Assembly: GCA_965217185.1 (NCBI GenBank)
Contig: OZ244252.1
Coordinates: 1,728,001 to 1,792,000 of the forward strand
From: an uncultured Candidatus Entotheonella sp.
Lineage (GTDB): Bacteria > Tectomicrobia > Entotheonellia > Entotheonellales > Entotheonellaceae
Direction of reading: 5' to 3'
Length of the DNA: 64,000 bases
Below the pieces are notes generated by a model that saw only the letters and a program-made list of their open reading frames with translations, ran no database searches and had not been told where the DNA came from. The translations under genes were made by a program, and so were the position numbers. Below, one piece after another: positions 59,691 to 64,000 of the stretch (position 1 is its first letter; each line of letters opens with the position of its first letter).

Positions 59691-61094
59691 TCAACAATAG
59701 CTGAACTGCTTCTCGAAGGCCGTCAACGCGTCGTCGATAATCCCCACCATGCGGTCAACCTCGGCCCGCGTAATACACAGCGGCGGCGACAGCATGATCA
59801 TGTGGGTGGCGCGGGTCAGCAGGCCCTTGTCGATCAGAAGCGAATTCAGGGCGTTGACTTCCTCGCCGTCGGCGGCAAACTTCTCCTTGGTCTCACGATT
59901 CTGCACCAGCTCCACCGCCGCGAGGAGGCCGATGCCCCGCACGTCGCCGATGGTCGGGTGGTGCGCCTGCAGCCCTTGCAACTGTTCCAGCAGGTACGCA
60001 CCCTGGCTGGCAGCGTTTTCCACCAGACCCTCGCGCTGGATGATGGCAATGTTCTCCAAAGCCGCCGCGCACGCCACCGCCTGGCCGCCGAACGTCAGCA
60101 GATGCGACAGCTTCTTGCCCGCCTCGGTGGTGAAGACTTCGGCCACCTTCGGCCGACAAATGGTCGCGGCGATCGGCGCGTAGCCGCTGCTGAGCCCCTT
60201 CGCCATGGTCATGATGTCGCCCACCAGATCCCAGTGCTCGGAGGCGAACATCTTGCCGGTGCGCCCGAAGCCGTTAATCACTTCGTCGACGATCAGCAAG
60301 ACGCCGTGCCGGTCGCAGATTTCACGCAGCCGCGGCAGGTATTCCGGCGGCGGCACCACGATGCCGCAGGACGCCGACACAGGCTCGGCGATTACCGCCG
60401 CCACGGTCTGCGCGCCCTCGTAGTTGATCAGCTGTTCGATCGCGTCCACGCAATACACGTCGCAGGCCGGATAGGTGTGACGGTAGTCGCAACGGTAACA
60501 ATACGGCGGCGCCACGTGCAGCGTGCCGCTCATGAACGGGCTGAAATACGGCTCCGACATCTGCCGGGTTCCGCTGACGCTCATGGCGCCGTAGGTGGCG
60601 CCGTGGTACGAGCCGCGCCGCCCGATGATCTTGAGCCGCTTCGGGTGTCCGGCAAGATATTGATACTGCTTGGCGATCTTCACCGCCGACTCGACCGCCT
60701 CGGAACCGCCGCTGCAGAAGAACACCGTTGACAAGTCGCCCGGCGTGATGTCGGCCAGCAATGTGGCCAGTCGAATGGCGGGAACGGTGGTCGTCTGCAT
60801 TGAGCTCCCATAGGCCAGGGTGCCCGCCTGCGCCGCCATCGCCGCGGCGATTTCCTTGCGGCCATGCCCGACGTTCACCAGCCACAGGCCCGCCAGCGCG
60901 TCGATGTATTCCTTGCCGTCGACGTCTTTGACCATACACCCCTGCCCTTCGACAAGAATTCGCTTGTCCGCCTCCCGGGCCAAGGCGCGCCACGACGAGC
61001 CGTGCATCCACACGTGCGCTTCCCCGGCCTCACGCAACACATCCGTGTCCGATCCGTCCGGCAGACTGGCAAAGGAGATGGGAATCGTGGCCAT
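59691..61094 (-). CDS. Class III PLP-dependent aminotransferase (omega-amino acid type)
   Basis: GLWLVNVGHGR, SGGSEAVE, SYHG, DEVINGFGRTG, MAKGLSSGY. Confidence 0.92.
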   Translation of the reverse strand: MATIPISFASLPDGSDTDVLREAGEAHVWMHGSSWRALAREADKRILVEGQGCMVKDVDGKEYIDALAGLWLVNVGHGRKEIAAAMAAQAGTLAYGSSMQTTTVPAIRLATLLADITPGDLSTVFFCSGGSEAVESAVKIAKQYQYLAGHPKRLKIIGRRGSYHGATYGAMSVSGTRQMSEPYFSPFMSGTLHVAPPYCYRCDYRHTYPACDVYCVDAIEQLINYEGAQTVAAVIAEPVSASCGIVVPPPEYLPRLREICDRHGVLLIVDEVINGFGRTGKMFASEHWDLVGDIMTMAKGLSSGYAPIAATICRPKVAEVFTTEAGKKLSHLLTFGGQAVACAAALENIAIIQREGLVENAASQGAYLLEQLQGLQAHHPTIGDVRGIGLLAAVELVQNRETKEKFAADGEEVNALNSLLIDKGLLTRATHMIMLSPPLCITRAEVDRMVGIIDDALTAFEKQFSYC

Positions 61095-61424
61095 GTTTTC
61101 GACTCCTCTATGGCGTTTGAGCAAGATGGAATGGTTTGACCGCGCAGCAGGCGCAAGACAATAACAAAGTTCCCGCTGAAAATACACTTGGCCTGGGTAC
61201 CATTTCATGCAGGGTCCAGCATCGGTCTTTCCCAGTTCTGTCGGACCCGGTGACGACGTCTCCCGAAAGAGCGGTTGGCTGCGTCACGTGTTTGGGATGA
61301 CTGGGTACCTCGATGACGGGGAGGGATCAAAATGGCGATAAACCCAGAACAACTGGAAGTACTGGAAGTTGGTGGCGAAAGCGGGAACGGATGCGCCGGC
61401 GACCTTGTTTGTGAAGCCCGGTCT

Positions 61425-61555
61425 GTGGTCGGAACTATCCACGTCACCGCGCTGCTCGCCCAGCTTTGCATCCGCCACGATCTGGCCATGTTGTCAACCA
61501 ACCGCGATTTCAGCCGCATCGCAGATTGGATGCCGCTTCAACTCTGGCGCGCCTC
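61425..61555 (+). pseudogene. C-terminal remnant of a PIN/VapC toxin
   Basis: ALLAQLCIRHDLAMLSTNRDFSRI..LQLW; N-terminal half absent. Confidence 0.6.
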
Positions 61556-61628
61556 AGGACCTTCAACACCAGCGAAAAGTAACAGCCCCAGACAAGCGCC
61601 TTTGCGGGTTCGTGTGACAGGACTCAAC

Positions 61629-62478
61629 TCAATACACATAACTCAACACCAAATAGCCTTGGCTGTCTCTGATAAAGACCGTATCCCCGTTGTTGTTCCA
61701 AATCGGCCTTCGACTTCCCCAGAACAGTTCGCGCTCGGTGGGCACGCCCAAGCCTGTCCGTAGCGTCACCCTCGCCTTGGGCGCCAGTGTGAAGTTTGAA
61801 AAGAGATACCGGCGGTTGGCGGCGTCTGAGACCGTCCACCCGTTGAGATCTATGGACTGTTGGCTCTGATTTTCGACCACAATGAATTCATCATTCAGGT
61901 TCCGTCTGTCATCTCCCCTAGCATTCGCATGGACGAATGCTAGGGCAATGGAATGCCCGGCCGCAGCAGGTGCCCAGATTCCCATCCCTGCTGCTCGAGC
62001 TTCGTCCTGAGCCCGTTGTAAGCGCGCTCGATATCTCTTTGCCACAGGATGCCTGAGATGAACGAAACCCTGGCGGAGCAGGGTTTCGTTCATCTCAGGC
62101 ATCGTCTACGAAAACATAAGCCGGCAGCCGATCATATTTGTCCTGGCGAGAACGGCCGAATTCAAGGCGGACGGTTTTACCTTCGACCAGACGGCGGTTG
62201 GCAAGCGTCGCTTCTTCGGCGTGAGGGTCCCCTTCCTCCGGCGCATTGATGCCGAGGTAACGGACATAACGGCCATCTTCCAAGCGACAGGTGTCCCCAT
62301 CAATAACCTGGAGGACAGCGATAGGCTCCGTCTCGGGAGCCTTTTCCGTGACGCGATGTATGCCGGTGTCATTTGGTGAGACAGGAACCGTCTCTGTCTC
62401 GATGGCTCCCTGGAATGAGCAACCCCCCAGCACTATGATCAGGACAACCGCAAACCGGGCCACCCCCGTTTTTCCCAT
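61629..62478 (-). pseudogene. Lipoprotein thermonuclease plus lamin-tail domain, split at an internal palindrome
   Basis: LGGC lipobox, VIDGDT, VRYLGINAPE, DKYDR; stop at 62095-62097; continues NETLLRQG..GIW and LTD (LNDEF, IDLNGWTVSD, WNNNGD) in another frame. Confidence 0.82.
62048..62103. repeat. Perfect 25-bp inverted repeat with 6-nt loop
   Basis: GATGCCTGAGATGAACGAAACCCTG-gcggag-CAGGGTTTCGTTCATCTCAGGCATC. Confidence 0.95.
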
Positions 62479-62605
62479 CCCATCTTCCTCCCATCTTCCT
62501 CTTCAGGTCGTTTTCTACAATTCGGCGAGATCAAACGATATCTGTCGGTCCCGCGGCCAGGCCGGGCGGTATCTCACGACCGTAATGGCTTGTGATTGGG
62601 CAGAC

Positions 62606-62869
62606 TCACGCCCCGCCGCTAATGGGCGGAACGAAGTGGACTTCGCTGTCGGGGTGAACGCGCTCGATCAGATCGACGGCAAATTCTCCGTCCACGGCGA
62701 CGGCGATGTCGGGGCGCAGGTCACCGTCCTGGAGGAGGCGGTCCTTGAAGCCGGGAAACCGCTCCTCCAGGGCGTTGATAAGGGCGCGCACCGTATTGCC
62801 GGCGATTTGCATCTGGGTCGCCCCATCGGTGAGGCTTTGCAGCATTGCCGGGATGAATACGGTGGCCAT
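62606..62869 (-). CDS. MoaD/ThiS family ubiquitin-like protein ending GGA
   Basis: TVRALI..LE..FPG, VAVDG, EVHFVPPISGGA. Confidence 0.88.
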   Translation of the reverse strand: MATVFIPAMLQSLTDGATQMQIAGNTVRALINALEERFPGFKDRLLQDGDLRPDIAVAVDGEFAVDLIERVHPDSEVHFVPPISGGA

Positions 62870-62874
62870 GGGGA

Positions 62875-64000
62875 TTACTCCTGTTCCAGCTGACTCAGGA
62901 TGTAAGTGGGAGACATCGGAAGGTTCTTCATGCGCTTGCCGGTAGCGCGGTAAATGGCATTGGCAATCGCCGCCGGCGGCGGCACGATGGGCACCTCGCC
63001 GACGCCGCGCACGCCGTAGGGATGGCCGGGATTCGGCACCTCCACGAGCACCGTGTCGATCATCGGCAAGTCCAGCGTGGTCGGCATGCGGTAATCCAGA
63101 AAGCTGGCGTTTACCATGTTGCCGTCCTTGTTGTACACGAACTCCTCGTTCAGCGCCCAGCCAATGCCCTGCACGGCGCCGCCCTGGATCTGGCCCTCGA
63201 CGTAGCTGGGATGGATAGCCGTGCCGACGTCCTGGGTGGCGGTGTAACGCAGGATGCTCACTTTGCCGGTATCCGGGTCCACTTCCACGTCGACCACGTG
63301 GGTGGCAAAGGCGCCGCCGACACCGCGCGGCTGCGAGGTGGCGCGACCGGTGATCGGCCCACCGGTGCGCGGCATCATGTCGGCCATTTCCTTGAAGGTC
63401 ATGGTCTTGCTGGGGTCTTTGGCGCAGCGCAACACCCCGTCGTTGTAGGAAACATCGTCAGCGGTAAGCTGCGCGGCCGAGTCACCCTCCTCCGATTCCC
63501 GGTTCCAGCGCTCGGCGGCGCGCTCGCGCATCTGGCGCATAACGTCCTGAGAGGCCTCGTAGGCGGCGTAGCCGGTGGCAAACGTGGTGCGGCTGCCGCC
63601 GGTAACGTCCGTATAGCCCACGCCGTCCGTACCGGCGACCAAAGGCCGCACGTCTTCGTACGGAATGCCCAGCGTTTCGGCCGCCTGCATGGCAATAGAA
63701 GCGCGCGTGCCGCCGATGTCGGTGGAGCCCTCAACCAGCGACACGGTGCCGTCCGAATTCACGTTGATCACCACGGAGGACTGGAAACCGACGTTGAACC
63801 AGAAGCCGGACGCCACGCCGCGCCCACGGTTCGGGCCGGTGAGGGGGGATTGGTAATGCTCGTGCTCCAACGCCGCATGCACCGTTTCCACATAGCCGAT
63901 GCGCGGAAAGGTTGGCCCGTGCACCTGACGATCGCCCTCCTTGACGCCGTTGAGTCGGCGGATTTCCAGGGGGTCCATGCTCAATTGCTCGGCGATCTCG
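62875..64000 (-). CDS. Xanthine dehydrogenase/CoxL-family molybdopterin-binding subunit (5'-truncated)
   Basis: GRGVA, GGSRT, EVEVDPDTG.V, EGQIQGG..QG.G, RGVGE. Confidence 0.92.
   Translation of the reverse strand, partial: EIAEQLSMDPLEIRRLNGVKEGDRQVHGPTFPRIGYVETVHAALEHEHYQSPLTGPNRGRGVASGFWFNVGFQSSVVINVNSDGTVSLVEGSTDIGGTRASIAMQAAETLGIPYEDVRPLVAGTDGVGYTDVTGGSRTTFATGYAAYEASQDVMRQMRERAAERWNRESEEGDSAAQLTADDVSYNDGVLRCAKDPSKTMTFKEMADMMPRTGGPITGRATSQPRGVGGAFATHVVDVEVDPDTGKVSILRYTATQDVGTAIHPSYVEGQIQGGAVQGIGWALNEEFVYNKDGNMVNASFLDYRMPTTLDLPMIDTVLVEVPNPGHPYGVRGVGEVPIVPPPAAIANAIYRATGKRMKNLPMSPTYILSQLEQE

Noticed and set aside
1..64000. CRISPR array, rRNA, prophage, retron or DGR
   Set aside because: No regularly spaced direct repeats, rRNA-like sequence, phage structural genes or reverse transcriptase seen.

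Overview
GC-rich bacterial chromosomal window. The gene content (DUF1800/DUF1501/NHL, peptide ABC transporters, DUF6178, long Dcd, IS701 elements) is reminiscent of Tectomicrobia/Entotheonella-like or deltaproteobacterial-like organisms; this is inference only. From left to right it contains: (1) a partial type II secretion operon (gspE, gspF, gspL, gspM) interrupted by an IS5 element and a PemK/MazF toxin-antitoxin pair; (2) a DUF1800-DUF1501-NHL-SDR operon, a flavin monooxygenase and an enolase-family gene; (3) a decaying accessory island (~13.6-28.9 kb) with four IS elements, two broken serine recombinases, a BrnT-HTH TA pair, a truncated nuclease, a frameshifted FGE-sulfatase-domain gene and an intact dpp/opp ABC operon; (4) mostly housekeeping or metabolic genes, including leuA, trkA, dcd, moaD/E, tRNA-Val/Asp, an ACP-FAAL-acyltransferase, folD, alkA, dut, an Oat2-like argJ, an aminotransferase III and a xanthine-dehydrogenase-family subunit. 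The best candidates for undescribed biology are a ferritin-like diiron protein with a small partner (31.9-33.5 kb), the apparently cytoplasmic DUF1800/DUF1501/NHL operon, two MoaD/ThiS carriers with masked C-terminal GG motifs, and a perfect 25-bp palindrome that breaks a nuclease gene. All calls come from manual motif reading; no searches were run.
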